Source: a virus
Lineage: Duplodnaviria; Caudoviricetes
IMG/VR virus record: IMGVR_UViG_2974549060_000001
Location: 11,765-75,764 of that record
Direction: 5' to 3' (one strand)
Length of the DNA: 64,000 bases
Of this stretch, positions 26,762 to 36,073 are shown one piece after another. The translations under genes and the position numbers were made by a program. The notes under the pieces are model-generated. The model was not told the origin of the DNA. It was given only the letters and a program-made list of their open reading frames with translations, and did not search any database. Numbering within the stretch: the stretch's first letter is position 1; each line of letters opens with the position of its first letter.

Positions 26762-28116
26762 TAATACAAATCTCCCGTAAGGAATAGCTGTTTACGGGCG
26801 CGTGAGCACGCAACATAAAGTAAGCGCATAAGCATCTCTTTGTTGCGGCAGAACCCGATATCAGCCAGGTCAATATAGACACGACGATAGGTGGAACCCT
26901 GCGATTTGTTAATCGTCTGGGCAAACACCGGGCGAAGATCCACCCAGTTATTTTTCACCTGGTTCATCTGGTACAGATAGGCTTCACCGGCTTTACGGTC
27001 GGTAGATTTCTCATACTCCCTATATAACCGATTAATGATTTTCTGTTTGGCCTTATGGTCATTTGGCATAAAGAACTTACGCTTATCATCACCATCCAGG
27101 TACACCCAGAACCCTGCTTCGCCATGTTCCACACTGGCTTCAAGGGCGTCGATATACACCATACCATCGGTACGGATGCCGCCACTACCCTTACGTCCTG
27201 AGACATAGTGGTTATTTACTGCGTAGTCACCTGCCTGGAACTCACGAGTACCAGTGCTGAGACTGTTGATGCCTTTGTTGTACTTCTGCACCCGGTCATT
27301 CCTGTAAGCCAGGAATTTGCTGGTGGCGAAAGTCCAGTCCTCGGCAGTCATATCCTGTACCATCAGCCGGTCGAAGTCCGGGCGAGGTAACCAGATAATA
27401 TGTTTACCGTCGATAGGGCAGACGGGCACATTAAAATCTTTGGCAAGGATACGACGACGCAGCTCGGTAGCCAGTTTGAAGATCGGGGTATTCGTATCGA
27501 ATCGCTCCACAATGTGCAGCTCTGCTTTACGGAAGCCAGACTCGAAAGCTGGCAGACTGTTACCATCTCCGTTAGTGAGCTGGGCAGGATCACCAACAAA
27601 GATGACTTTCGTATCCTTGTTGGTTTTCTGCTTGATCCACGTCCAGAGTTCATCGTCGATGTAACTGGCCTCGTCAATGATGACGATGGATTTACCGGCA
27701 TTAAATTGCCAGTCCCGGTCGGCAAGAATATCCCTTCGGGGATTCTGTGGATCCGGGGCCATAGTCAGCCCCAGGAAGCTATGAATAGTCTTCACCTGGG
27801 GATTCATCTCAATTTCATCACCGCCTGTTATAGAGGCATTCAGGCCACGTAATTGCAGCTCCATTGCCTCACACGCTTTGTTAGTAGTCGCGGTGAAATG
27901 GATAGGCAGATTGGTTTTACCTTTCATGTCTAGCAGTTTACGGGTCTTGTGATAGTCGTGCAGGGTACGCACAAAATGCTTAATTACGAAAGTTTTACCG
28001 GTTCCTCCGGCACCCTCCAGAACCATAAAGCGTTCAGTAGAGCTTGAGAGGAACCCGTGCATGACCTGGATACCATTATCCTGATCAGCATTAAGTTTTA
28101 CTACTTCCTCGGACAT
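26761..28116 (-). CDS. SF1B (Dda/RecD-like) DNA helicase
   Basis: GAGGTGKT, IIDEAS, VGDPAQL, TINKSQGSTY, LYVACSRAR. Confidence 0.95.
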   Translation of the reverse strand: MSEEVVKLNADQDNGIQVMHGFLSSSTERFMVLEGAGGTGKTFVIKHFVRTLHDYHKTRKLLDMKGKTNLPIHFTATTNKACEAMELQLRGLNASITGGDEIEMNPQVKTIHSFLGLTMAPDPQNPRRDILADRDWQFNAGKSIVIIDEASYIDDELWTWIKQKTNKDTKVIFVGDPAQLTNGDGNSLPAFESGFRKAELHIVERFDTNTPIFKLATELRRRILAKDFNVPVCPIDGKHIIWLPRPDFDRLMVQDMTAEDWTFATSKFLAYRNDRVQKYNKGINSLSTGTREFQAGDYAVNNHYVSGRKGSGGIRTDGMVYIDALEASVEHGEAGFWVYLDGDDKRKFFMPNDHKAKQKIINRLYREYEKSTDRKAGEAYLYQMNQVKNNWVDLRPVFAQTINKSQGSTYRRVYIDLADIGFCRNKEMLMRLLYVACSRARKQLFLTGDLY

Positions 28117-28133
28117 GATTACCTCTTAGAGGA

Positions 28134-28601
28134 TCAATCGTCCTCCGAAATGTGTTGCCAAGCTTTACCATTCCTGATTTTAGAAATGCAAGATGGACTG
28201 ACGTTGAACTGTTTGGCGAGTGCTCGCCCCGTTAATTTACTGGATTTAATTTCCAGAATAGCTTCGTTCGTTAGAACTGAGCGACCGTGCTTAATACCAT
28301 TATTCCCACGGTTTCTGTCGATCTTATCCTGAATATTTTGCTGAGTCGTTCCGGTGATCAAGTGGGCTGGGTTTACACATCCCGGATTGTCGCAGGTATG
28401 CCTGAGTAATAATCCGGTTGGTATGGGGCCGTTGGCTAACTCGTAGCTAAAGCGATGAGCTGCAACGAATCTGGGAGGATCCCATATTTTCCCGTAACCA
28501 TTCGTGTTTTTTGCCCCCAACCATTCCCAACAGGAATCATCAGGGGTGATGTCCACTTTAGGCCAGAAGCGTTCTACAGTAGGCTTCGGCTTTACAGACA
28601 T
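28134..28601 (-). CDS. HNH homing endonuclease
   Basis: CWEWLG..GYG..AHRFSY..RHTCDNPGCVNPAHL. Confidence 0.92.
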   Translation of the reverse strand: MSVKPKPTVERFWPKVDITPDDSCWEWLGAKNTNGYGKIWDPPRFVAAHRFSYELANGPIPTGLLLRHTCDNPGCVNPAHLITGTTQQNIQDKIDRNRGNNGIKHGRSVLTNEAILEIKSSKLTGRALAKQFNVSPSCISKIRNGKAWQHISEDD

Positions 28602-28602
28602 A

Positions 28603-29775
28603 TTAATCCTCGTCGGGCATTTTGAAATGCACGGCTTGTCCGAATGGGGGGATGAAGTTCGGATTGTTGTAAATTGCCCAGATCACTGGCTTACCAGGAT
28701 TAGGGACACTATGGAGATGGGCTATATAACCATCAGTTAGGACGATGAGCCATTTTGAGCCATCTTTGGTATAAGACTGCATCAGCTCGTCGATGACTGT
28801 ACCACCACCACCACCCATTTCAATTTTCAGCAGGGCTTTCAAATTACGGACACGGTTTTTGCTTACCAGCTTGTGGTCGAATTGCATAACGTCGATGTAG
28901 TCCGGGTTGAAGCCTTTCAGGACATGGTGAGTTTCACTTACGAAGAAGTTAAACACCTTTTCCGAGACGGAACCGGATACGTCCCAACCGAAAGAGCCTG
29001 GGCCTAAACCAGGAGAATATTGGCTTGGCAAATACATACCCATTGGTTGATAACGACGATTAGGTCTTGACCAGCTAAAGTCACCTTTAGTCATGGCAAA
29101 CATCAGACGACGAAGCACACGCTGCCAGGGAATGGCAGGCTTAAGGATACCGTCGATCAGACGCTGTAAGTCCGGGCCGATATTGCTTGGCATTTTGCCA
29201 GCCATCTCTGCCATCGCCTTACCACGCATAACCAGTTCTTCGACCTGCTGTTTGATCTGCTGACGTACTTCCTGCTCTTTCGGGCCTTTCGGCTCACGTA
29301 AGTCAGGTAGGGCACATCCAGCCATAGTACCACCGCCGCCAGCACCACCATTGGCTTTGTCCTCTTCTTCCAGTAGGCGATACACCTGCATAGTTGAGAG
29401 GTTGCGATACTGGGGATCGCAGAGGCCACCGGCAGGCATCTTCATGCCTACACTGGTGAGGATAAGGTTAATTACATGGTCAGCCGCACGGTTCCAACGG
29501 TCGGGATCCATACCTTTGGCACGTTCGGTGCAGTGCTCAAATGCAATATGCAGCCCCTCATGAGCAATCAGAAATTCACGCTCATCGTTGGTCAGCTTGC
29601 CGAAGAACTCTTCGTTGTAATAGCAGTTGAGGCCATCGGTGTACGCCGTCTGATTATCCGGGCTGTTGTCCACCAGATGTTTACTACCCATGATGATATG
29701 GGTGAAGAAGATCATTTCTTCTTTAGTCAAAAGACCAATTTTGGCCTTCGACATGAGTTTTCGGAAGTCCATCAT
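28603..29775 (-). CDS. metallopeptidase-vWA domain protein (N4 gp25-like)
   Basis: AYTDG, HEGLH (HExxH), NRAAD; MIDAS WDVSGS, GGGT, LTDGY. Confidence 0.9.
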   Translation of the reverse strand: MMDFRKLMSKAKIGLLTKEEMIFFTHIIMGSKHLVDNSPDNQTAYTDGLNCYYNEEFFGKLTNDEREFLIAHEGLHIAFEHCTERAKGMDPDRWNRAADHVINLILTSVGMKMPAGGLCDPQYRNLSTMQVYRLLEEEDKANGGAGGGGTMAGCALPDLREPKGPKEQEVRQQIKQQVEELVMRGKAMAEMAGKMPSNIGPDLQRLIDGILKPAIPWQRVLRRLMFAMTKGDFSWSRPNRRYQPMGMYLPSQYSPGLGPGSFGWDVSGSVSEKVFNFFVSETHHVLKGFNPDYIDVMQFDHKLVSKNRVRNLKALLKIEMGGGGGTVIDELMQSYTKDGSKWLIVLTDGYIAHLHSVPNPGKPVIWAIYNNPNFIPPFGQAVHFKMPDED

Positions 29776-30310
29776 CGTTACCTTTCAGTAGTCGGAGGGT
29801 TTTAAGTTCGACTGCCTCTTGGGTCAGTTCTCGCCAGGGAAGCTGGCTGAGGAACCTATCCAGGAGCAGCATATCTTTTTTAATGCCTTCGCGCGTATCA
29901 ACCACCATCCACTGATGAAGCATGAACATCGTTGGCCGAAGCCAGTAGTACATGTCCACCCGTGCCCGGTATAGCCCGGACTCTGGTTGCATTGGCTCTT
30001 TCGAGGCATTGATGATGCAATGCGGGATATAAGCCTCGGCCAGTTTCTCACCTGGCTTACCGGCTGTTGGTTTGATATAGCGATTAAAGAGGTAAAGGGG
30101 ATTAGACTGGAGGTAGTGATCAAATGATAACTGCATCTCGTCTTGCAGCGGCAGTATGATCCGCTTTGCCTCTTCCATGTAGAAAGAGGGAACTACCACG
30201 ATTATCTCTTCGGCTTTTTCGAACTGGGAAGCCCAGTTCTGTTCGTATTGACTTTTGAAATCACGCCCTGACATGCGAGGCGAGACATTCAGCCACGGAT
30301 CTTTGCTCAT
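29723..30310 (-). CDS. hypothetical protein
   Basis: 195-aa ORF with RBS GAGG. Confidence 0.65.
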   Translation of the reverse strand: MSKDPWLNVSPRMSGRDFKSQYEQNWASQFEKAEEIIVVVPSFYMEEAKRIILPLQDEMQLSFDHYLQSNPLYLFNRYIKPTAGKPGEKLAEAYIPHCIINASKEPMQPESGLYRARVDMYYWLRPTMFMLHQWMVVDTREGIKKDMLLLDRFLSQLPWRELTQEAVELKTLRLLKGNDDGLPKTHVEGQNWSFD

Positions 30311-30324
30311 GGTAGTCCCTCGAA

Positions 30325-30957
30325 TTAGCCTACGATAGAACGGTCTTCTTTACCGTGGATACGGACAATTTCAACTGCTGCCTGATACGGCATCAGCTCG
30401 ATATTGGAGCTTTCAACCAGTGCAGTTTTGCCACGATTCATGATGGCATAAACCAGTGGGTTTACTGAGCTACGGTAGATATCTACCGGGCCGAGTAAGC
30501 CTTCTTTGCGATCAACCTGCTGGAAGCGCATTTTGTTTGCTGGTTCGTCAGCTTTCAGCTCACCGAACATGTGGTTGCACGCCTGACAGTCAGGACGACC
30601 ACAATGCTTTTCTGGTTTAGCAGCATTAAGCAGGGATTCCCGGAAATAGCCCAAAGCATCCAGGGTATCGTCTTGATTAGGATCGAAGATATCTGGGTCT
30701 TTGTACTCTGGGTTAACGCCAGCCGGTTCAGCCTGCATGGTTGCAGTTTCTTCGGCACCAGGCTTAGCAGGGTCAACTGCTACGCGTGGTTTCACGCTCA
30801 CTTCCATATCGGCAGCAGCAGCCGCAGCAGCTACGGCTTGCTCTACGATGTTACGCAGATTGCCATAATGATCCTGACGAGCACGAATCAGTGCCAGCTC
30901 GATAGCCATGCTTTTCAGAGATTCCGGGAGTGAAGCAAAGGTGTGAATTAAGGGCAT
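30325..30957 (-). CDS. hypothetical protein
   Basis: 210 aa; CGRPDCQAC and VAVDPAKPGAEETA motifs. Confidence 0.65.
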   Translation of the reverse strand: MPLIHTFASLPESLKSMAIELALIRARQDHYGNLRNIVEQAVAAAAAAADMEVSVKPRVAVDPAKPGAEETATMQAEPAGVNPEYKDPDIFDPNQDDTLDALGYFRESLLNAAKPEKHCGRPDCQACNHMFGELKADEPANKMRFQQVDRKEGLLGPVDIYRSSVNPLVYAIMNRGKTALVESSNIELMPYQAAVEIVRIHGKEDRSIVG

Positions 30958-30977
30958 TGACTGTCTCCAATTAAGTT

Positions 30978-30993
30978 TGGGGCCGAAGCCCCA
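30978..30993 (-). terminator. C(UUCG)G hairpin, terminator or processing site
   Basis: TGGGGC-TTCG-GCCCCA; no clear U-tract. Confidence 0.4.
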
Positions 30994-30999
30994 GGGGGA

Positions 31000-32070
31000 T
31001 TAATGCCAGATCTGAGAGCTGTTACGCTTGATCCAGTCTGTCATTGCAGTATGGGATGAGAGTTTCATATCACGAGCCAGAATATGGCGGAATGTGATTA
31101 CCTGATACTCCATGTCCATACGTTCGATGTACGGCACGAGCTTGTCGATATTCTTATCCGTGGCGTGCTGAGCCAGAGAACCGGCCAGAGCATAAACCAG
31201 AGAAGGATTATCGTCAGAGTCCGGGCAATGTGCTTTCATTGGGTCAGCAATGATATCGGCTAGCTTAGGAATGCTGTCGAATACTTTACAGAACGCCATA
31301 AATTCAGCACCCACACCGGAGGACACACAACCGCCAATTAATGGCAGGTCATGGTCTTCGATACGCTCACCACGGATCAGTTTGTCCAGAAACATCCAGG
31401 TACGCGGAGCAGCGAACGTCAGATCGTCATGGTCAGGATTGAACTGGTGAACATAGTCTGGCTTGAACTCCAGGAACGCAGCGATGCGATAATCAATACC
31501 CTGTTTCAGAGCATACTTCATGAAGCATTCCAGATCGGTATGCACCAGGAAGTTGATCATACGAGACTGCAACGGAGTAGGTAACGGATTGACAATGGCA
31601 CCATCATCTTCCAGGTTACCAGCAGCCACCAGCAATGCACGGGAGTGCAGCTTATGTTGCCCGACCATCTTGTCGAGGATCAGTTTAAACGCCGCAGCCT
31701 GTACGGACGGAGCCGCAGACGGCAACTCATCCAGCAATACCAACCAACCATTATAGGTGTGGGTGATATTGCCTTCTTTGTCGCGGATAACCGGCAGTTC
31801 ATCGCCTTCGATTGGGAACACGTCGAACGGTACATACTCCGCAATGTTGCGGGCACCGGACGTATTGAAGTACGGCAGGCCGTTCATGTCAGCCGGGTCA
31901 TACGTACTGAGGCGAACGTCAATCAGCAGCAGGTTAAATTTGAGTGCGATAGAACGCATGATATCGGACTTACCGATAGCCGGTGAACCGTGCAGCATTG
32001 GCACCAGTTGTTTTTTCAGAACACGTTCAACGAATGGTACAGCTTTGTCTAAACGTACTTTGGTAGTCAT
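31000..32070 (-). CDS. MoxR-like AAA+ ATPase (N4 gp24-like)
   Basis: GSPAIGKS, LLDEL, AAGN, LQSRM, APRTW. Confidence 0.9.
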   Translation of the reverse strand: MTTKVRLDKAVPFVERVLKKQLVPMLHGSPAIGKSDIMRSIALKFNLLLIDVRLSTYDPADMNGLPYFNTSGARNIAEYVPFDVFPIEGDELPVIRDKEGNITHTYNGWLVLLDELPSAAPSVQAAAFKLILDKMVGQHKLHSRALLVAAGNLEDDGAIVNPLPTPLQSRMINFLVHTDLECFMKYALKQGIDYRIAAFLEFKPDYVHQFNPDHDDLTFAAPRTWMFLDKLIRGERIEDHDLPLIGGCVSSGVGAEFMAFCKVFDSIPKLADIIADPMKAHCPDSDDNPSLVYALAGSLAQHATDKNIDKLVPYIERMDMEYQVITFRHILARDMKLSSHTAMTDWIKRNSSQIWH

Positions 32071-32074
32071 GAGA

Positions 32075-32824
32075 TTAACCCTGTAAGAAATACTGGTGAA
32101 CCAGTTGATTGATTAAACGAACGCCAATAGAGCTGTGCTCATGGGCGATACGGACTTGTGCTTTGATGTGCTTACAGACTGTCTTCGGGTTCTTATTGAA
32201 CACGTCGCAGTAAGCAGGTATCAGTTTGTTGGCATCAACGGCAGATTCCATCGACTCCAGGCTGATACGACTGGTTTGAAACAAGAGCGAGACACGGCCC
32301 AGGAACTCGGTGCGTACACCCATTTCCCGGAGCTTATCTTCGCTGAGATCAGTTTGACCATTGAATGCCCCGGCGAAGACGAATAACGTCTTACCTACGT
32401 TCACTTTTTTGTAGTGGCCGTAGTCACCGAATACGCTGGCAGTTTCACTTTCCAGCATGGTCAGAAATTCGTTCTGGACACCGGCCAGTGCTTCATGAGT
32501 GTTATCACTCGCACCATTGGTGAACAGCTTATCGAACTCGTCAACAAAGATGACCAGAGCTTTGCTCGGATCCATATTGCCTAACGGAGTTAGGGCTTTG
32601 GATAATGAGTTACCAGACACCCCTTCTTTGGTCAAGCCAGCGGCATTGATCTCCAGGTAGGGGATCTTGTGCTCTTTGGTCAGAGTTTTGATGAGGTGGG
32701 ATTTCCCCGTCCCAGATTCACCAGCGAGGATGAAGTGGGGGCGAATCACACCTTCGGATTTAACGTATGCGTTTAATACGCGGTTCAGAATGCCCGCTAC
32801 TTGTTCCTGTTCTGGCAGAATCAT
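32075..32824 (-). CDS. ClpX/HslU-like AAA+ ATPase, core only
   Basis: GESGTGKS, INAAGLTKEG, FVDEFDKL, GVQNEFLTMLE, LFVFAGAF, EFLGRV. Confidence 0.85.
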   Translation of the reverse strand: MILPEQEQVAGILNRVLNAYVKSEGVIRPHFILAGESGTGKSHLIKTLTKEHKIPYLEINAAGLTKEGVSGNSLSKALTPLGNMDPSKALVIFVDEFDKLFTNGASDNTHEALAGVQNEFLTMLESETASVFGDYGHYKKVNVGKTLFVFAGAFNGQTDLSEDKLREMGVRTEFLGRVSLLFQTSRISLESMESAVDANKLIPAYCDVFNKNPKTVCKHIKAQVRIAHEHSSIGVRLINQLVHQYFLQG

Positions 32825-32833
32825 GATGACCTC

Positions 32834-33220
32834 TTAACGGCAATCGAATGTGATGGATTGCTGGCCTTTACCAGCAGTACGAAATACGCCGTAGAAACCG
32901 GCATACTTGTTTAAGCCTTTGGAATACAACAGGCCCAGCTTGTCATAGCCAATGGCTGAGCTGGACTTAACGTAAGGCAGGTTCGGTGACACGATGGTGA
33001 CCACACCTGCACGGTTAATGATGGTGAAGCGGTTGCCATAGTCACGGACGAAGGCAACGCCCAGATCACGTTCGACACCGTTTTCAACGGCAGAACTCAT
33101 ACACCACACATCAGCCGGGGCGGAGGCAACAGCCGTAACCTGCGGAGCAGGTGCAGGCGTGTTGACGACGCACCCAGACAGAGAGAGAACAGCGACAGCA
33201 ACAACAATAAATTTTTTCAT
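32834..33220 (-). CDS. lipoprotein
   Basis: MKKFIVVAVAVLSLSG-C lipobox. Confidence 0.8.
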   Translation of the reverse strand: MKKFIVVAVAVLSLSGCVVNTPAPAPQVTAVASAPADVWCMSSAVENGVERDLGVAFVRDYGNRFTIINRAGVVTIVSPNLPYVKSSSAIGYDKLGLLYSKGLNKYAGFYGVFRTAGKGQQSITFDCR

Positions 33221-33285
33221 GATCGATACCTGAGTTGGGGAAATAAGATTCACAAGCCAGACTATTGATAATCCGGCTTAGGGAC

Positions 33286-33537
33286 TTACTCCTGACTGAT
33301 AATGCAGTCAGCGTAGGTATGTACCAGGTTGCCGGTCTTGACCGACTTGTAGTAGATACCCGATTGATCGATGGTCACCTTACCGGTTGACTCATCGGTG
33401 AAGATCTTCTGACCGCCTGACCAGCATTCAACACTGGTTTTGCTGCCATAAGAGAACAGGGCCGCTTGATTAGCGTCCGTACAGCCAGCTAACGCAAAGA
33501 CTACGCAGGCAGTCAACAGAGCAATTACTTTTTTCAC
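33286..33537 (-). CDS. lipoprotein
   Basis: MKKVIALLTACVVFALAG-C lipobox; CWSGG..STGKV pattern. Confidence 0.8.
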   Translation of the reverse strand: MKKVIALLTACVVFALAGCTDANQAALFSYGSKTSVECWSGGQKIFTDESTGKVTIDQSGIYYKSVKTGNLVHTYADCIISQE

Positions 33538-33962
33538 TTGGCCTCCTTCAAGGCTTTATCACGACGTTTACAATTCTCTTTCTGGCTTACCAGTTCGAGA
33601 TGTTTAGGGTTACAGCAGAGCCTATTACGGCATTTATGATCCACCTGCTTATTGCCGGGGATATAACCGAAATAGTGAGTAGCCATCACAATGTGAGTGG
33701 CACATGTTTGTGAGTTGATGCTGATACGGCCATAGCCTCCACCACGTCCTTCGCCCGAAGTGGGGCCAGTCCAAACATGACAGGGGGATACGATACCGTT
33801 TACTCGGTAACCGCAGTCACGGATATCTACACGCTTCATAATGCGGTCGCAGATCTCCTGACGACGATCAGGATGGGGATGCTTTTTGGTAATCACTCGG
33901 CCTCCAGAAACAGCATGGCTTGTTCCAGGGTGGCCCGGAAGTCTTCCATCTCGGATTTCCAT
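33534..33962 (-). CDS. HNH endonuclease
   Basis: CHVWTG..GYGRI..THIV..VDHKCRNRLCCNPKHLE. Confidence 0.9.
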   Translation of the reverse strand: MEIRDGRLPGHPGTSHAVSGGRVITKKHPHPDRRQEICDRIMKRVDIRDCGYRVNGIVSPCHVWTGPTSGEGRGGGYGRISINSQTCATHIVMATHYFGYIPGNKQVDHKCRNRLCCNPKHLELVSQKENCKRRDKALKEAK

Positions 33963-34141
33963 AGGACAAGTTCTTTTACTGAGTCAGAATACATTGACCG
34001 GCCTTGACGGTCGGTTGAATACCTTTCCTCGTGGATATGGATGACGAAGAGGGTATCAGTCTTCGTCCTGGTTTTCGTAACCGTCACCGTCTTCGTTGAG
34101 TTCGAATGGGGGTTCTCGATCACGTTGGTTAAGGTGTGCAT
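33893..34141 (-). CDS. hypothetical protein, start uncertain
   Basis: ORF overlaps both neighbours. Confidence 0.35.
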   Translation of the reverse strand: MHTLTNVIENPHSNSTKTVTVTKTRTKTDTLFVIHIHEERYSTDRQGRSMYSDSVKELVLWKSEMEDFRATLEQAMLFLEAE

Positions 34142-34430
34142 AGAATCCCTCGAACGGTTTGCTTTCATCCAGCCTCGTGACTGTCTCCCATCTTCTGAAA
34201 TGAGAATAGAGATACAGTCGGTCAGTGGCCGTGTTGTAGGACACCTGTTTTCGATGCTTGAAACGAAGCATCATAGCTTCCCTGAACGTTGGTTCAGGGT
34301 TAAGCCAGGTAATCCTACGGTAAACGATGACAATGCGCTTGGCGTAGTTACTGGGCTTGGATTGCCCGTAATATACCCGGCACCAGAAGGACTTGAGCTT
34401 AATCACGCTGCCTCCATGCCAGGAGGGCAT
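34056..34430 (-). CDS. hypothetical protein
   Basis: TAATG coupling to the upstream gene. Confidence 0.6.
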   Translation of the reverse strand: MPSWHGGSVIKLKSFWCRVYYGQSKPSNYAKRIVIVYRRITWLNPEPTFREAMMLRFKHRKQVSYNTATDRLYLYSHFRRWETVTRLDESKPFEGFYAHLNQRDREPPFELNEDGDGYENQDED

Positions 34431-34804
34431 TACCCCAGTAACTTAGGGGAATCCGGTGATACTGTGATACAGGCGTGATTGAACTCTTCCGGGTACGTTG
34501 GGCACGATTGGTGTTCCCACCATTCTGAGCCATCGTATTCACGTCGATCTGACCACGTACCATCCGTATACCAGATGGTTCCATAAAGTTCCTGCCCGCC
34601 GAAACCACTATCATAGTTAGTGTTAATACGTCTGAGGAACTCGTTGTAATCCTGATCAGTGAAACCAGGATATAAGAGCACACGCTCCACATCCTCATCA
34701 CGCCAGCTACAGTTTGGATCGCCCCAAGAAAGGATTGCACATTTCACGCTGGATACTTCGCGAACATGGTCTTCAAATTCTTTGCGGGCATTGAGCTTAG
34801 ACAT
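34430..34804 (-). CDS. conserved phage hypothetical protein
   Basis: YDSGFGGQELYGTIWYTDGTWSDRREYDGSEWW, a widespread phage pattern. Confidence 0.75.
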   Translation of the reverse strand: MSKLNARKEFEDHVREVSSVKCAILSWGDPNCSWRDEDVERVLLYPGFTDQDYNEFLRRINTNYDSGFGGQELYGTIWYTDGTWSDRREYDGSEWWEHQSCPTYPEEFNHACITVSPDSPKLLG

Positions 34805-35121
34805 TAATTCTCCACCTCTTCTATGGTTACCAGGATGCCTTGTTGCCCTAATAGTCGGGCAATTTCATCGATATCCAGGTAACGAGTTGGTTCGCAGTTC
34901 ATGGTATGGCCTGCGGGCAGATGTACTTCACGGGCACCCAGGTCTTTCAGAAGGGTGTTGTGGTACATCATTACCAGGGAATGCACCGTGTTCTCGTCAT
35001 ACGGATACAGGTGCGCTTTAATTTCAGAGAGTGCTTCGTTGACGTTATTCGCCGTCCGAAACATTGGCACTGGGGCTAGTGGGATCTGCGATTGCATGTT
35101 CATAAACCTTTTTAGAGACAC
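34804..35121 (-). CDS. hypothetical protein
   Basis: Coupled ORF. Confidence 0.55.
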   Translation of the reverse strand: MSLKRFMNMQSQIPLAPVPMFRTANNVNEALSEIKAHLYPYDENTVHSLVMMYHNTLLKDLGAREVHLPAGHTMNCEPTRYLDIDEIARLLGQQGILVTIEEVEN

Positions 35122-35632
35122 GATGCAATAGCGAAGCCAGTTGCTCCGGTGTCATGTCCTCCAGTTGAGAGTCAATATCCAGAGCACGTTCTAATTGTTC
35201 TGGGGCATAAATTTCCTGGTCGTGCAGGATATCCAACATGGTGTGGCCGGACTTCTTCACATACTGGCTTATGAAGCCCCAGAATGCTGGAGTCGGCTGA
35301 CCATTAGGCGTAAAGAAACCAGCCATGACACGGGCTTCTAAACCAGCGTAGTCAAGGTTGGGAAGATGCTGTTCATACCCACGAGGGTTAATATGCAGAC
35401 CTTCTGGTACTAGGCTTGGTATGCGTCCAGTTACCGTACCGGACAGTTTGAAGGTTTGTCTAAATAGATCCTGCTGAATACGTGCATTGAACTGACGATG
35501 TTCATCATCCATCTCCAGCTTAATGGCTCGGACTGCACCGACGCGAAGGTTATACATACTGGCAACTTGCCATTCACTGTACTGGCCCAACGCCAGACGG
35601 ACTTTACGATCCATATCTTTACTTAGGGACAT
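35045..35632 (-). CDS. hypothetical protein carrying PolA-like motif fragments
   Basis: FKLSGTVTGRIPS and LDYAGLEARVMA. Confidence 0.7.
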   Translation of the reverse strand: MSLSKDMDRKVRLALGQYSEWQVASMYNLRVGAVRAIKLEMDDEHRQFNARIQQDLFRQTFKLSGTVTGRIPSLVPEGLHINPRGYEQHLPNLDYAGLEARVMAGFFTPNGQPTPAFWGFISQYVKKSGHTMLDILHDQEIYAPEQLERALDIDSQLEDMTPEQLASLLHRVSKKVYEHAIADPTSPSANVSDGE

Positions 35633-35828
35633 TGCTGTTTCTCCTGAGCTTGTAGCAGCCGTTCACTTCAACGTATTCGTTGTTAAGGAATCGGTCACCA
35701 GTGATTAATACTTTTGCCATACGATGCAATACATTACGTTTGGCTTCCGGGCTTGCTGTTTTTAATGGCTGCCTATTTGGAAGGCAGTTATTTAAATAGT
35801 CAGCGGTAAAATGAGCCAATGTAAACAT
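35619..35828 (-). CDS. hypothetical protein
   Basis: 69-aa ORF downstream of an AT-rich promoter-like region. Confidence 0.6.
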   Translation of the reverse strand: MFTLAHFTADYLNNCLPNRQPLKTASPEAKRNVLHRMAKVLITGDRFLNNEYVEVNGCYKLRRNSNVPK

Positions 35829-36055
35829 AGGTTTTATCCCCTAATTTAAGTTATAGGTAGCTTGATTTAGCCTATAGGTTCGGTTAGTCAGACTGTCTCA
35901 TTTTGGACTGTTTAACATATAGGTTTAAAACTTTTGACACATACTAAGTAAGGTTCAAAACTATATGAAAAAATACGGACTCCCTAAGATGGGGAGTCCG
36001 GTTCAGGGAAAATGCAAAACTAAGTTATGCAGACGCGAAAGCGTCAATCCGCATT

Positions 36056-36070
36056 CTGGCCGGAGGCCAG
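36056..36070 (-). promoter_or_regulatory. N4 virion-RNAP-type hairpin promoter
   Basis: Plus (template) strand CTGGCC-GGA-GGCCAG; C-GGA-G triloop as in N4 promoters; C at the predicted +1 (36052). Confidence 0.6.
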
Positions 36071-36073
36071 CCA

